DNA of 64,000 nt from Simkaniaceae bacterium (GCA_022763045.1 JALEGI010000002.1:21368-85367), one strand, 5' to 3'; counted from the stretch's first letter, positions 42,956 through 53,534 are shown. Numbers and translations are program-made. The notes: generated by a model from the sequence alone, not told the origin.

Positions 42956-43871
42956 CCCACTGCTTCATTGCGGCAATTTTTTCTAGTTGCGTTTCATGAA
43001 AGGTTCCGAGCGCTTCGTGATCTTCTATCCAAAAATAAAGCCTTAGGCTAGCAAAATCGATGAATTTTGGGATCCAAGAGATCTCTATATCAGAAATCTC
43101 CCTTTCAGTTCGGTAGCCCTTAATAAGAGGGGTGAGCCACTGCTTTATTTCGGGTGCATCGCCAATAAGTTGGAAGCGATTTTTCATGGAATAGACGACA
43201 ATAGCAAGGTCAAAGGCGTACCAGTGGTGGCACGAATCGTCAAAATCAATCACGGAAATTGTCTCATCGCTTGTTACAAAGAGATTCATTGCTCCGAGGT
43301 CAGCATGGACCAGGCCGTAGTAGCGTGGGCTTTTATCAAGCGTTTCTATCCAGGAAATCAAGGTGTGAAATTTTTTAGCGAGGGGTGAGGCGCTTTTGGC
43401 AGCGGCTTTCAGTGCGTGGCGCATTCCTCTTTCGCGATTCCACTCCTCCCGCTGGATCTTGTGCTCCTTGTTTTCACGGTGCATGATCGCAATGAGGCGA
43501 CCAAGTGCGTATAAAAACTTCGGGCTTGTTGCATCCTCTTCAGAGGGGTGTGAGCCTTCAACAGCTTGAAAGAGGGCAGCTTCGTACTTTTGCTCTCCGT
43601 CGTGAAGGGTGGCAAGCTTTTTCCCTTCGCGATTTAAAATGGGATTGGGAACATTGAGCCCGCAGGTGGCTAGGTGATCTATCCAGTCAAGCTCGGCTTG
43701 AATTTCAGCTTTTGTTCTGCGAAGGGGAGTTGTTAGTCTGAGAAAAACGCTCTCGTTTTCACGTTTGGCAGAAAACACGATGTTTTCCATTTTTCTGACG
43801 AAGGTGATGTCGCGGAGCTTCCAAAGCTGGGCGCATTTTTCGAGTAGGCTGCTAGTGGGGAAAGTTTCCAT
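42933..43871 (-). CDS. Aminoglycoside phosphotransferase / choline-kinase-fold kinase
   Basis: Catalytic loop LVHADLGAMNLFV and metal-binding VIDFDDS. Confidence 0.7.
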   Translation of the reverse strand: METFPTSSLLEKCAQLWKLRDITFVRKMENIVFSAKRENESVFLRLTTPLRRTKAEIQAELDWIDHLATCGLNVPNPILNREGKKLATLHDGEQKYEAALFQAVEGSHPSEEDATSPKFLYALGRLIAIMHRENKEHKIQREEWNRERGMRHALKAAAKSASPLAKKFHTLISWIETLDKSPRYYGLVHADLGAMNLFVTSDETISVIDFDDSCHHWYAFDLAIVVYSMKNRFQLIGDAPEIKQWLTPLIKGYRTEREISDIEISWIPKFIDFASLRLYFWIEDHEALGTFHETQLEKIAAMKQWASKALTC

Positions 43872-43902
43872 GAGAGGATTATGCGCTCATGGGAGATTGC
43901 AG

Positions 43903-44289
43903 TCAATCGCCCTCTTCACTTTGGTCGGCAGGATTGGGCTTGTAGGTGGGCGCACTTCTGTCGATGCGGCAGATTTTTTTCCCTTCTGCAGTTGAGGCGG
44001 GGACCCATTCATTTTGTCCCACGTAGGTACTTGTGCCATAATCGCGGCCATCTTCGCAGCGCCAGATGACGGTGTAGGGGGTAAGTGCGGGCGTGTTGCC
44101 TCGATTAGGTTGGGGTTGGAAATTCCACTGATAGTGCTCCATCTGCAGAATGCGTCTGTCTACCATCACATCGCCGGTAGCTGCCATGACAATACAATCG
44201 AGGACAAAGGGACTGTCGTTAATCAGCCGCAGCGAGTCGGCAGTCCCCATCGAAAAGAGTAAAAGTGAGCATACTGTGAGATATTTCAC
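43903..44289 (-). CDS. Hypothetical secreted protein (128 aa)
   Basis: Signal peptide MKYLTVCSLLLFSMGTADS. No family recognised. Confidence 0.45.
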   Translation of the reverse strand: MKYLTVCSLLLFSMGTADSLRLINDSPFVLDCIVMAATGDVMVDRRILQMEHYQWNFQPQPNRGNTPALTPYTVIWRCEDGRDYGTSTYVGQNEWVPASTAEGKKICRIDRSAPTYKPNPADQSEEGD

Positions 44290-45911
44290 TACTCAACTCC
44301 AATGTAGGCGTGTTTGAAGTCGATGTGCCCTTCACGAGAGATCGAAATATTGTGTACATGACGGTTCTTTACATAGGTCCATGCACCATGGGTAATGGGG
44401 ATTACAGGACACTCTTCTGCGATGATGTGCTCTGCCTCTTTCAAATGGGCAATACGCTCTTCATTTGTGTTCACATGAAAAGAATCGGCAATCGCTTTTG
44501 CATAATTGAGACTCTCCCAACCTGTATTGTTTGTGCCCATTGTCTTGTTTTTGAAAACTTCAAGAAAATTCACCGGATCATCGAAATCAGCAAACCAATC
44601 TCCAAAAGCGAGTTGGTAGTTTTTCTTTGAAACGTTATCAAAGAAGACTTTGTGTTCGATTGCTTCAAGCCCAATCATAAATCCAAAGGCCTCATACCAC
44701 TGCTGCTGGAGCACTTGAGCGAGACGGTGACACCCCTCTGTAGCTTTGTAGGTGAGTGTAAGTGAATCGAGGTTGCTAGCCTCTATTCCAAGCTCGTTCA
44801 TCGCCTCTTCAAACAAGATGCGCGCGTTTTCGACATCGCCATCATTAAAGAAGGGCGTTTCTGTTAATCCCATTGAAGAGGGCACAATCCCTGTTGCTGG
44901 AATGGCTTGTTCTAAATAGAGGTTTTGGCAGATCTCTTCGCGGTTAATTGCGCGAGCGAGTGCTTGTCTTAGTTTCATGTTTTGAAGGGGCTCAACAGTC
45001 GTATTGACGCGAATCCAAAACGTTTTTGATCCGGGCGCTTTTTGCAAAATACCGCGCTCAGTCAGATTCTCAAGAGCATCTCCAGGAATTACGGTGAAGG
45101 GCGAGCCCTCCCAATCGAGTTCCTGATTTTCAAAGAGTTTCAGGCCTGTTTCATCGGTGACCATGCTCATTTCAATCCGCTTGAGCTTAACAGCCTCTTT
45201 GTCCCAGTAGAATTTGTTTTTCACAGCAACCATCTTGTCGCTGTGCATCCATTTTGCCATTGCGAAAGGGCCATTGCCAACAAAAGTAGAGGCATTTTGC
45301 ATCCAGTTTGGGGAGTGCTTATCTACAGCTGCATTGACGGGGAAATATGTGGGTAGAGCGAGGAGTTTGGTGAAGTAGGGCGTTGGTCTTTCAAGCTGAA
45401 TTACCAATAGATCATCTGCTGGAGCTTCAACGCCGAGTAGAGCGATGGGCAGCTTGCCTGTTTTCACTTTTTCAGCGTTTTTAATCACATAAAGCAGGTG
45501 GGCATTATCTGAGGGAAAGAGAGGTGAGAGCGTTTTTTTCCACGCATAGAGAAAGTCGTGTGCTGTAAGCTCATCTCCATTCGACCAGAAAGTTTTTTTG
45601 AGTTTTATCGTATAGACAAGCCCATCAGAAGAGACGTTTATTTCTTTTGCAATCGCAGGTGTCGCGTTGTATTCTTGGTCTATTCGAGTCAATCCCTCCA
45701 TAAACATTTTTATGATGTTTACGTCCATTAGACAGCGAGCTTTTCGAGGGTCGGTTGTTTGCGGTTCGACGCCGATATTGATGCGCATGACTTGCTCTTG
45801 TGCAGCATTAGGGGTGCATGAGTCACACGATTCACGAGAGGAGCTGCAACCTGTAAGTGCAATGAGCGCGGTGAGTATCACACCCTTGACGAGATGAGAG
45901 AGCTTGTTCAT
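44289..45911 (-). CDS. oppA: Oligopeptide ABC transporter substrate-binding lipoprotein (family 5 SBP)
   Basis: Lipobox LTGCSS. 540 aa with SBP_bac_5-like blocks (WSNGDELTAHDF, GNGPF). Confidence 0.8.
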   Translation of the reverse strand: MNKLSHLVKGVILTALIALTGCSSSRESCDSCTPNAAQEQVMRINIGVEPQTTDPRKARCLMDVNIIKMFMEGLTRIDQEYNATPAIAKEINVSSDGLVYTIKLKKTFWSNGDELTAHDFLYAWKKTLSPLFPSDNAHLLYVIKNAEKVKTGKLPIALLGVEAPADDLLVIQLERPTPYFTKLLALPTYFPVNAAVDKHSPNWMQNASTFVGNGPFAMAKWMHSDKMVAVKNKFYWDKEAVKLKRIEMSMVTDETGLKLFENQELDWEGSPFTVIPGDALENLTERGILQKAPGSKTFWIRVNTTVEPLQNMKLRQALARAINREEICQNLYLEQAIPATGIVPSSMGLTETPFFNDGDVENARILFEEAMNELGIEASNLDSLTLTYKATEGCHRLAQVLQQQWYEAFGFMIGLEAIEHKVFFDNVSKKNYQLAFGDWFADFDDPVNFLEVFKNKTMGTNNTGWESLNYAKAIADSFHVNTNEERIAHLKEAEHIIAEECPVIPITHGAWTYVKNRHVHNISISREGHIDFKHAYIGVE

Positions 45912-45939
45912 AGTAGACCTCGAAATAAAATTTTATTTT

Positions 45940-46659
45940 ATGCCTGACAATAGACTTAAAAACCTTTTTATTCAAGCGAAAGAGCCAACGCCTATTTACA
46001 ACTGTTGTGATTTAGCGCGCATCTATGGTGGAGAAGATGGACATCTACTTTTTGATCAGCAGGGGCTCTTCCGTCCACTTGAAATGATCGCGTTTGAGGG
46101 GACCCCTTTTCAAATCATTGCAAAGAATGGCGAGGTTTTTGAGGTAACTACCCCTTGTTATCCAAGTTGCAAGCCACTTTTTATCCACGCATCTTTTCTG
46201 CAAGAAACTCCTGAGCCAAAGATGGACAAAAAACATCCCGAAAAAGAGGAAGTTATTGAAAAGATGCTCTCGCAAATTGGAGTTCCCTACTTGTGGGGAG
46301 GAAATTATCCAGAGGGGATTTCAAAATTGCTCACCCTTTTTCATCCACCTATTGAACTGGGTGAATATGAGAAAAATGCATGGCAATTGAAGGGGCTCGA
46401 TTGTTCGGGGCTTTTGTACTGGGCAACTTCTGGCTTTACAGAGAGAAATTGTTCGCAATTACTCAATTTTGGAGAGCAAGTTTTGCGCGAAAATTGGAGG
46501 CCACGCGCACTTGATTTGGTTGTTTGGAAAGACCATGTGGTCATACTGATTAACTCTCATCAGGTAATTCAGGCAAAAGAGAAGTTTGGGGTCTATATCA
46601 GTCCGCTTGAGGCAAATTTAAAAGGTGAATTTGTCATCAGACGGTGGTTTTTCCTTTAA
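45940..46659 (+). CDS. NlpC/P60-family cysteine peptidase
   Basis: Catalytic-Cys context GLDCSGLLYWA, with a later H in WKDHVVIL. ATG at 45940 is preferred. Confidence 0.65.
   Translation: MPDNRLKNLFIQAKEPTPIYNCCDLARIYGGEDGHLLFDQQGLFRPLEMIAFEGTPFQIIAKNGEVFEVTTPCYPSCKPLFIHASFLQETPEPKMDKKHPEKEEVIEKMLSQIGVPYLWGGNYPEGISKLLTLFHPPIELGEYEKNAWQLKGLDCSGLLYWATSGFTERNCSQLLNFGEQVLRENWRPRALDLVVWKDHVVILINSHQVIQAKEKFGVYISPLEANLKGEFVIRRWFFL
46428..46450 (+). repeat. Solo module A inside the NlpC/P60 gene (sense)
   Basis: TTCTGGCTTTACAGAGAGAAATT, read as S-G-F-T-E-R-N. Confidence 0.9.
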
Positions 46660-47118
46660 TCGTTTCTCGAAAATCTCTTCTAACTGAGAAATTCTTTGGG
46701 GCGATTCTTGATAGTCGCGCTTTTCACTTTTTGGAGATGTTTTTTCAATCATTTTCATAAAACTCTCCACTTCCATTGTTTTTGCCCCATATTCTTTGGC
46801 GCGCATTGCAAGGCCACGATCAGATGTAACGAGTGTGATGCTCTTAGGGTTTTTGTGAATTTGAATCAGCTCGATAATGTAGCAATCTGCGCTTTTTTCT
46901 TCTGGAGCATAGATGATTTCAATCGGTGGTTTATCGTAACGGGTGGGATTGATATTTGCCAGTTCGTGATTACTGTCGAACACAATAGCCGATTTGAAAT
47001 TACGCGTTGAGAGCTTATTTATGAGGTAGGCAATGAGCTCACGTCGAGACTCGCTTAGGGATTGCGATCTTTCTGGGCGACGGAAGAGCAAATTGTAGCC
47101 ATCAATGAGAAACTGCAT
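46618..47118 (-). CDS. NYN-domain (YacP-like) predicted RNase
   Basis: MQFLIDGYNLLF..., with ...VVFDS and LVTSD blocks. ATG at 47118 is preferred (the track start is 47157). Confidence 0.6.
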   Translation of the reverse strand: MQFLIDGYNLLFRRPERSQSLSESRRELIAYLINKLSTRNFKSAIVFDSNHELANINPTRYDKPPIEIIYAPEEKSADCYIIELIQIHKNPKSITLVTSDRGLAMRAKEYGAKTMEVESFMKMIEKTSPKSEKRDYQESPQRISQLEEIFEKRLKEKPPSDDKFTF

Positions 47119-47713
47119 CCACCTCGAGTTGTTGGAGGAAATGCAACAATTTGTCAAGGGCCTTACTGCGGTGGGAAATGCGGTTTTTCACGCGCTCTTC
47201 TAGCTCTGCAAGCGTTTTGTTGTAGTCGTATTTGACAAAGAGAGGGTCGTAACCAAAGCCATTGGCACCACGCTCTTCGTGCATAATAGTCCCTTCCAGG
47301 TAGCCTTTAACGCATTTCATCAGTCCATCTGGATTCGCAACAGCAATCGCACATTCAAAATAGGCAACGCGTTGATGCTCTTTGAGGTTTTTCATCTCAG
47401 AGAGCAGCTTGATCCGATTTTCACCGTCAGTTGCATTTTCCCCGGCATAGCGTGCGCTAAAAATTCCAGGAGCCCCATCTAGTGCAGGGACCACAAGACC
47501 GGAGTCATCAGCGATCACCAGAGAATCGAGCTCTTTTGCCGCGTGAATCGCCTTTGTTTTTGCAATCTCTTCAAAACTCTCCCCTTCCTCGGGAAGTGGA
47601 GTGTAGTCGGGGAAATCTCTTAGGGAGTAGATGTCAAAATGCTCAAATTCTTTGAGCATGGTTTTGAACTCTCTAACCTTATGCAAATTCTGGCTTGCGA
47701 TTACTAAGCGCAT
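47102..47713 (-). CDS. rdgB: dITP/XTP pyrophosphatase (RdgB/HAM1 family)
   Basis: MRLVIASQNLHKVREF, DDSGL, FGYDPLF. Confidence 0.9.
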   Translation of the reverse strand: MRLVIASQNLHKVREFKTMLKEFEHFDIYSLRDFPDYTPLPEEGESFEEIAKTKAIHAAKELDSLVIADDSGLVVPALDGAPGIFSARYAGENATDGENRIKLLSEMKNLKEHQRVAYFECAIAVANPDGLMKCVKGYLEGTIMHEERGANGFGYDPLFVKYDYNKTLAELEERVKNRISHRSKALDKLLHFLQQLEVDAVSH

Positions 47714-47720
47714 CTTTTTT

Positions 47721-49889
47721 CTAGCTCACTTTATCAAAATAGTTCGAAATCGATTTGATTTCCCAATCCTTCTGGTCGAAGTGGCAAGACTCACCAAGGC
47801 GCTTGCCTTCCAAAGATTTTGCAAGTTTTGACTGAAAAGACAAGATATTTTTCTCTAAATCTGCATCCCAAGGGCCAAGAAGAGTAAATTTTTTCTCTTC
47901 GCCTGATCCATTTTTCAGCTCAACAATACTGCCGACGCCAACAACATCAGTGTTGACATCCTCTGCAGTCAAAATGCGCATTGAACCGAGTAGATCCGAG
48001 AGGCGTTTGAGCTCAGCTTGCAGCTGTGCTCTCTTTTCTAGTGCATATTTGTATTCGCTATTTTCTTTGAGGTCTCCATGAGAGCGGGCGACTTCAATTT
48101 CACGCGCATTTTCAACCGTTTCAACGGTCCCAATTTCATGGATCCGTTGTTGCAGCTTTTTGTAACCCTCATCAGTTGTCCAAACAACATCTTCTTGGTC
48201 TTCATCTGAGTAGTGTGTGTTTAGACGAGAGAGTGATGGATGAACAACTTCAGCAAGCGAATGCAAAATTTTAATGTCGTGTTCGCTCAAAGAGCTACAT
48301 TTTGTTGCTAAAAGCAAAAATTCTTGAACCGATTTCTTATCTGCATCTTGGAAAATCTGTCTTACCCATGCAAAACGTCCATTTGTGAGCATGGTATACA
48401 TCTTTTTGACCATGTCTCTGCCACGCTCTGACTGCTCCATAAAGTGGAAGAGTGCAAAAAAGGCCTCCAAGAAGCGGTTTTTTCCCTCTTGATTGGAAAA
48501 AGGGATATTCGTTTCGTGCATAATCTTGTGGAAATACCAAAGGAGTGTGTGTGGGGAACTCCAGGGCTCAATGAGCATCTTGTCGACTTCTTGTGAGAAA
48601 GAGACTTGCTCTTTTGCTTTCATCAGTTGGTCGAACATGTAGTCTTTGAGGGGAATTTGAGATAGTTTGAAAATTAGAGAGCCAAAAATTGCTACCCAGT
48701 CATCTCTGTGTGCCTTAACTTCAGAAAGAGCACGTTTTTTATGGGCAATGATCTCGATTCTCTCAAGAACATCTTCGATGTTATGGAAGCGTTTGACCAG
48801 TTCAACAACCGGAGTGTGAGTTTTATTTGGAAGTAGTGTTTCCAAAAAGAAGTGAATTTCAAGCTCTTGTGAATCGGTCAATTCTTCGTGTTGCAACACC
48901 TCTTGGAGGTGAGTAGCGAGCGATTGACGAAAGTCTTCATTTTTTAATGTGGAGGCGAAGTCACGGAGGAACGAATAGACGAGTTCAATCAGTTGTTTGA
49001 CGCCAGGTTTTTTCTTGAGAGCATCTTGCAGACGCTCCTCATGAGAGAGTTCTGACTCGCGCAGTTTGAATGGTTGGCGAATCGATGAGGGAATCTCAAT
49101 AAGCGTATCTTTTTTCAATTTTGAGCGGGCTGTTTGCCACCATTTTGACCACTCTTCTTCGGGAATAACAAGATCAGCGAGCTCATCTTTGATTTCACCT
49201 GCGGTTTTGGGACCAAGATCGCGCAGTAGTGTGCGAATCACCTCAACAGGGTTGACGCGCGCTTTGTCCTCAAGAGCATCGGGGTTGCCAAAACGCTGAG
49301 ATAGGAAGTGATCTTTCGGAAGAGGAATTAGCGTTTTAAAGGCATTTGTGAAAGAGAGATCTTTTTGACCAGCAACGAAATCGAATTCACAAGAAATTTG
49401 TTCGCGTACAGCAGAGACATCCATAATCTCACCGACACCCCAACCAGCAGTGTGGTAAACAAAATTGCCTACTTCCATATGTGTTAAAAGCTCAAAGCGG
49501 CTCACCGCATAGCGGAAAGTATCGGGATTGTTTAGGCCTGAGAGCTTGATTTTCCAATCAAATCGGGCATTTTCTCCATACCACTCTTTTAACTTGTCAA
49601 AGACTTTCTGCCGAAGCGCGTGTTCTTTTGAGTTGGTCATGTCAATGATTAGCCGGAAAATTTCGCGAGATTTTTTCGTGTCTGGGAGAGTTTCCCAAAG
49701 GGGCAGGAATTGATCGACACATGAGCTAAAAGCTTCGCCAATGTGTGAGGCTTGAATGGAATTTAAAATTTTTATTACTTCGTCGAGCTCAACTTCATCA
49801 GATAGGCAATACTCTTCCCATAGAGAAGCGATTGATTGTAAGTCGTTGCGGTCAATATGTTTGGAAAATTGCTTGAAGTACTCCATCAT
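47721..49889 (-). CDS. greA: Long-form transcription elongation factor GreA (chlamydial type, large N-terminal extension)
   Basis: 722 aa. The C-terminal roughly 150 aa carry the GreA signature ARSHGDLKENSEYKYALEKRAQLQAEL. Confidence 0.8.
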   Translation of the reverse strand: MMEYFKQFSKHIDRNDLQSIASLWEEYCLSDEVELDEVIKILNSIQASHIGEAFSSCVDQFLPLWETLPDTKKSREIFRLIIDMTNSKEHALRQKVFDKLKEWYGENARFDWKIKLSGLNNPDTFRYAVSRFELLTHMEVGNFVYHTAGWGVGEIMDVSAVREQISCEFDFVAGQKDLSFTNAFKTLIPLPKDHFLSQRFGNPDALEDKARVNPVEVIRTLLRDLGPKTAGEIKDELADLVIPEEEWSKWWQTARSKLKKDTLIEIPSSIRQPFKLRESELSHEERLQDALKKKPGVKQLIELVYSFLRDFASTLKNEDFRQSLATHLQEVLQHEELTDSQELEIHFFLETLLPNKTHTPVVELVKRFHNIEDVLERIEIIAHKKRALSEVKAHRDDWVAIFGSLIFKLSQIPLKDYMFDQLMKAKEQVSFSQEVDKMLIEPWSSPHTLLWYFHKIMHETNIPFSNQEGKNRFLEAFFALFHFMEQSERGRDMVKKMYTMLTNGRFAWVRQIFQDADKKSVQEFLLLATKCSSLSEHDIKILHSLAEVVHPSLSRLNTHYSDEDQEDVVWTTDEGYKKLQQRIHEIGTVETVENAREIEVARSHGDLKENSEYKYALEKRAQLQAELKRLSDLLGSMRILTAEDVNTDVVGVGSIVELKNGSGEEKKFTLLGPWDADLEKNILSFQSKLAKSLEGKRLGESCHFDQKDWEIKSISNYFDKVS

Positions 49890-49974
49890 CTCCTTTAAAA
49901 ATTCAAAATGGCTATCGGTGATTCAAGGGAAGTATAAGTTGATTCTCATTAATCATCAATAAAGAAGGTTGGGT

Positions 49975-50092
49975 GCTTGTAAAACGGAAAAAATTCCTGG
50001 CTTTACAGAGAGAAAAGAGTAGCTTGTAAAGCGGCTTTACAGACATTTAAGAAATGATTAAGAAAAAGGTTTTGTCTCTGTAAAGCCAAGAA
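49975..50092. repeat. Long-form mosaic repeat bounded by inverted module A copies (MITE-like)
   Basis: Module A forward at 49994-50016. Palindrome variant at 50021-50043. CATTTAAGAAATGATTAAGA follows. Module A reversed at 50072-50092. It lies in the divergent greA/nqrA spacer. Confidence 0.9.
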
Positions 50093-50143
50093 AACACCGC
50101 GCAATTTGACTTTTTTTTCATCTTGGCGCTAACATCGATCCCT

Positions 50144-51451
50144 ATGCACATTAGAGTTAAAAAAGGGCTTGATATTCCAATTCTCGGGAAGCCCGGACAT
50201 GAGTTACGAGAATCTCGCACGGTGAATCGCGTTGCCTTGGATTTAACGCCCTTCCCCTCAACCCGTTTTTCCCTTCTTGCTCATGAAGGCGATCGAGTGA
50301 AAATTGGTCAGCCCCTTGCGTGTGACAAATCGAATACTAACCGATTTTTTGTCTCTCCAGCAGGTGGAAAGCTTGTTGAAGTGCAAAGAGGAGAAAAAAG
50401 ACGTCTTTTAAAAATCGTCATTGAAATTGATGGCCCTGAAGAGGCTCTCAACTGGCCTGCATTGACGGCAAATGCCTCGCAAGATGAGGTAGTTGAGCGT
50501 ATGCTCGAAACGGGAATTTTTGCCCGCATTTTAAAGCGGCCGTGCAACATCCTTGCCAATCCGGGTCAGCTACCAAACGCGGTTTTTATTAATGGAGCTC
50601 CCTCGGCACCTTTCAGTCCCCCGCCACAAGTCGAAGGAAGTGATTTCATCCATGGATTGGAAGCTCTAAAGAAGCTCTGTGATACGGTTCATCTTATTCA
50701 TCCGAAAAGCACAACGCTTCCCCAGGTAGATGGCATCCAAGTACATACAGTTGAAGGGGCCCACCCAGCTGGTAACAGTAGTCTGCACATTTTTCATATA
50801 GCTCCAATCAAGGATCTGCGCCAGATTTACTGGACGCTTTCTTTGCACGATGTCGAGTGTTTAGGCCGTGCCATTTCTGGAGAAATTAAGACTGACCGTC
50901 TGGTGAGTGTGGCAGGTGAGGGCTTTGATGAGAGCGTGCGTGGTCTCTACCGGGTGAGAGAGGGGACATCAATTTTGCAGCTTTTTTCTCAGCTGCCCGA
51001 AAACTCTCGTATACTTTCAGGGAATCCATTGATGGGAGCGAGTGCGGAGTACCTTGGCCTTTTTGACGATGTGATTTGTGCGATCAAGCGCAGTGAAGGG
51101 CGAGATCTTCTCCATTTTTGCGGGCTTGGTTTTAACCGCTACACTGCAAGTAAGACCTACCTATCGAGTCTTTTTCGAAAAAAAGAGTTTTCCTTCACCA
51201 CAAATCAACATGGTGAGCAGCGCGCTTTTGTCGACAGTGGTTACTATGACCGCTTTTTGCCAATGAAGATTCCAGTGAGCTCTCTTATCAAAGCGATTCT
51301 CGCAGAAGATTATGAGCTTGCAATGAATTTGGGGCTTTTAGAGGTGGCGCCTGAAGATTTTGCACTCCCCACGTTTGCAGATCCTTCGAATATTGACATG
51401 GTAGAGATCGTCAGAAAGGGTCTGAGCGATCTCTCTGAGCAGTATGTCTAA
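50144..51451 (+). CDS. nqrA: Na+-translocating NADH:quinone oxidoreductase subunit A
   Basis: The N-terminal MHIRVKKGLDIPILGKP is the typical NqrA start. About 435 aa. ATG at 50144 is preferred over the TTG at 50123. Confidence 0.85.
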   Translation: MHIRVKKGLDIPILGKPGHELRESRTVNRVALDLTPFPSTRFSLLAHEGDRVKIGQPLACDKSNTNRFFVSPAGGKLVEVQRGEKRRLLKIVIEIDGPEEALNWPALTANASQDEVVERMLETGIFARILKRPCNILANPGQLPNAVFINGAPSAPFSPPPQVEGSDFIHGLEALKKLCDTVHLIHPKSTTLPQVDGIQVHTVEGAHPAGNSSLHIFHIAPIKDLRQIYWTLSLHDVECLGRAISGEIKTDRLVSVAGEGFDESVRGLYRVREGTSILQLFSQLPENSRILSGNPLMGASAEYLGLFDDVICAIKRSEGRDLLHFCGLGFNRYTASKTYLSSLFRKKEFSFTTNQHGEQRAFVDSGYYDRFLPMKIPVSSLIKAILAEDYELAMNLGLLEVAPEDFALPTFADPSNIDMVEIVRKGLSDLSEQYV

Positions 51452-53534
51452 ATATCTCCTCTTTTTTCTTCCGCTAATTCTTTTTGCACACGATGCAGAG
51501 CAGTTGATGCGCGATCTCAACCTTCTAGATGAGATCAATGAAGAAATTCATGCCGATCTGCCTTTTATTTATAGCAACATTTTGATGGGGGGATATGTCA
51601 ATATGCCCTCAGCAAGAATGCAAAAGAGCGGAAATGTCGCTCTTGGTCTATCCTACACTCCCCCCTACATTATCTACGGACTCAACTTTCAAGCATTCAA
51701 TGAGGTAGAACTTTCGGGAAATTATCGTGTTTTTCGCGACCGCAAGGAGGTCAATTTTGGGCACATGGGTTTTGGCGATGATGCGGATCGTACAGCAAAT
51801 GTGAAATTTTCGGTCGACTACCCTTTCGAGTTTCAGTGGTTACCCAAAGTTGCTGTTGGATTCGAGGACTTTTTTGGCTCCCAGCGCTTTTATTCTGCCT
51901 ACATTGTTGCGACACAGAAACTGATTCCTTGGGGAATTGAAGCCTCACTTGGTTGGGGAAAGGGACGAATCAAAGGGCCGTTTGGCGCCCTCGCTTGGTC
52001 ACCGACAAATTGGTTAACGTTTTTAGCTGAATACGATGCGATTGACTATGAAAATCATCACGATGAGCACGAAAAGGGGCGCACAGTCAAATCGCGGGTG
52101 AATGCGGGTGCTGTGGTCAATGTGTTTGACGCCGCCCAACTCAAGCTGACAACTCTACGTGGCAATCAAGTCTCTGCGATGTTTTCACTCTATTACAACT
52201 TTGGTGAGACAGATGGGCTCTTCCCTAAGTTTAAAGACCCCAAGCTCTACACAGCCCCTTGCGATTTAGAGCCGATTGGGCTTTTGCGCACAGAAAAGGC
52301 GCTTGCTCATGAGCTCTCTTTTGCGTTTGAAAAGCAGGGGCTGAGTTTGACCGAAGTGCGTCTTTACTATGATGAAGAAAATGAGATGAATCTCTACATT
52401 CGTCTCATCAATTTGCGCTACTGGCGTAATCGTGATCTCAAAGAGCGCCTGGTGTACTTACTTGCCCATCTGATGCCGGAAAATATTTCTGCAACACGGG
52501 TGGTGATCGAAGAGGGAGGTCTTGAGGTCGAGTCGTACACCTTTCGTACAGAAGATCTCACAGAGTTTCGTGAGGGGAAAATGGGTGATGAAGAGCTTGC
52601 GGTGGTCGCTCCTGCCCAGGAGGTGCCCTCATTTGATGAGTACAATTCGACGCGCCTCTACTACAAGCGAAAAAGTCCCTGGGTCTTTGATATGAGCCCG
52701 GAATTTATTACTTTTTTTGGTAGTACACGCGGTAAGGTGAAAGGAAGTATCGGAATTGTTGGAGCTCTCAATGGCTATATTCGAGACGATGTTTTTTATT
52801 CGATCGCCGTGAACTATCACCTCATATCCTCACTATCAGATGTTGGAAGCAAGGACCAGTACAACCCCTCTCAGCTACTCAATGTGCGATCAGATCTGGT
52901 GAATTACTATAAAACACAAACTGTTTCACTCATCCAAGCCTACCTTCAGAAGGGATGGAATGTGGGGGATGGGTGGTTTTGTCGCTTAGCCGGTGGGTAT
53001 TTTGAAATCGCCTATGGGGGCATTGGTGCCGAAGCCCTCTATTATCCTATCGGATCACCCTTTGCAATTGGTATTGAGGGTGCCGCGCTTCTCAAACGCG
53101 ACTACAAGGGCCTTGGATTTACAACAAAGGTGCGCAAACTCAACGGTTTTACACCAGAGTATGTCGATTATGTCGGTGCACAGGGATTTATCAATCTCTA
53201 TTACGATTTCAAACCCCTCAACCTAGATTTTCATATCAAGGCGGGCTATTTTCTAGCTCGTGATGTGGGGGCCCGCTTTGAAGTGTCGCGCTACTATCCA
53301 AGCGGTCTGCGCGTTGGTGTCTGGCTGACTGCAACCAATGGGGGGGACGTGGTCAACGGCAAGCACTACAATGATAAAGGGGTCTCATTCACCATTCCAT
53401 TTGATGTATTTCTACCAAAGAGTGCGCGTGCGCAAGTTGGTTATGGGATTTCTGCATGGCTTCGCGATGTGGGAGCCTTTTCAGCGACTGGAAATGAGCT
53501 CTATCCAATGATACATCGCAGTCGGATCTACTAA
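51444..53534 (+). CDS. YjbH-family outer-membrane protein (exopolysaccharide-associated, DUF940)
   Basis: Signal peptide. Blocks that align with E. coli YjbH as I remember it: NMPSARM, WLPKVAVGFEDF, LGWGKG, YGGIGAEALYYP, GVWLTATN, GVSFTIPFDVF. Confidence 0.8.
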   Translation: MSKYLLFFLPLILFAHDAEQLMRDLNLLDEINEEIHADLPFIYSNILMGGYVNMPSARMQKSGNVALGLSYTPPYIIYGLNFQAFNEVELSGNYRVFRDRKEVNFGHMGFGDDADRTANVKFSVDYPFEFQWLPKVAVGFEDFFGSQRFYSAYIVATQKLIPWGIEASLGWGKGRIKGPFGALAWSPTNWLTFLAEYDAIDYENHHDEHEKGRTVKSRVNAGAVVNVFDAAQLKLTTLRGNQVSAMFSLYYNFGETDGLFPKFKDPKLYTAPCDLEPIGLLRTEKALAHELSFAFEKQGLSLTEVRLYYDEENEMNLYIRLINLRYWRNRDLKERLVYLLAHLMPENISATRVVIEEGGLEVESYTFRTEDLTEFREGKMGDEELAVVAPAQEVPSFDEYNSTRLYYKRKSPWVFDMSPEFITFFGSTRGKVKGSIGIVGALNGYIRDDVFYSIAVNYHLISSLSDVGSKDQYNPSQLLNVRSDLVNYYKTQTVSLIQAYLQKGWNVGDGWFCRLAGGYFEIAYGGIGAEALYYPIGSPFAIGIEGAALLKRDYKGLGFTTKVRKLNGFTPEYVDYVGAQGFINLYYDFKPLNLDFHIKAGYFLARDVGARFEVSRYYPSGLRVGVWLTATNGGDVVNGKHYNDKGVSFTIPFDVFLPKSARAQVGYGISAWLRDVGAFSATGNELYPMIHRSRIY

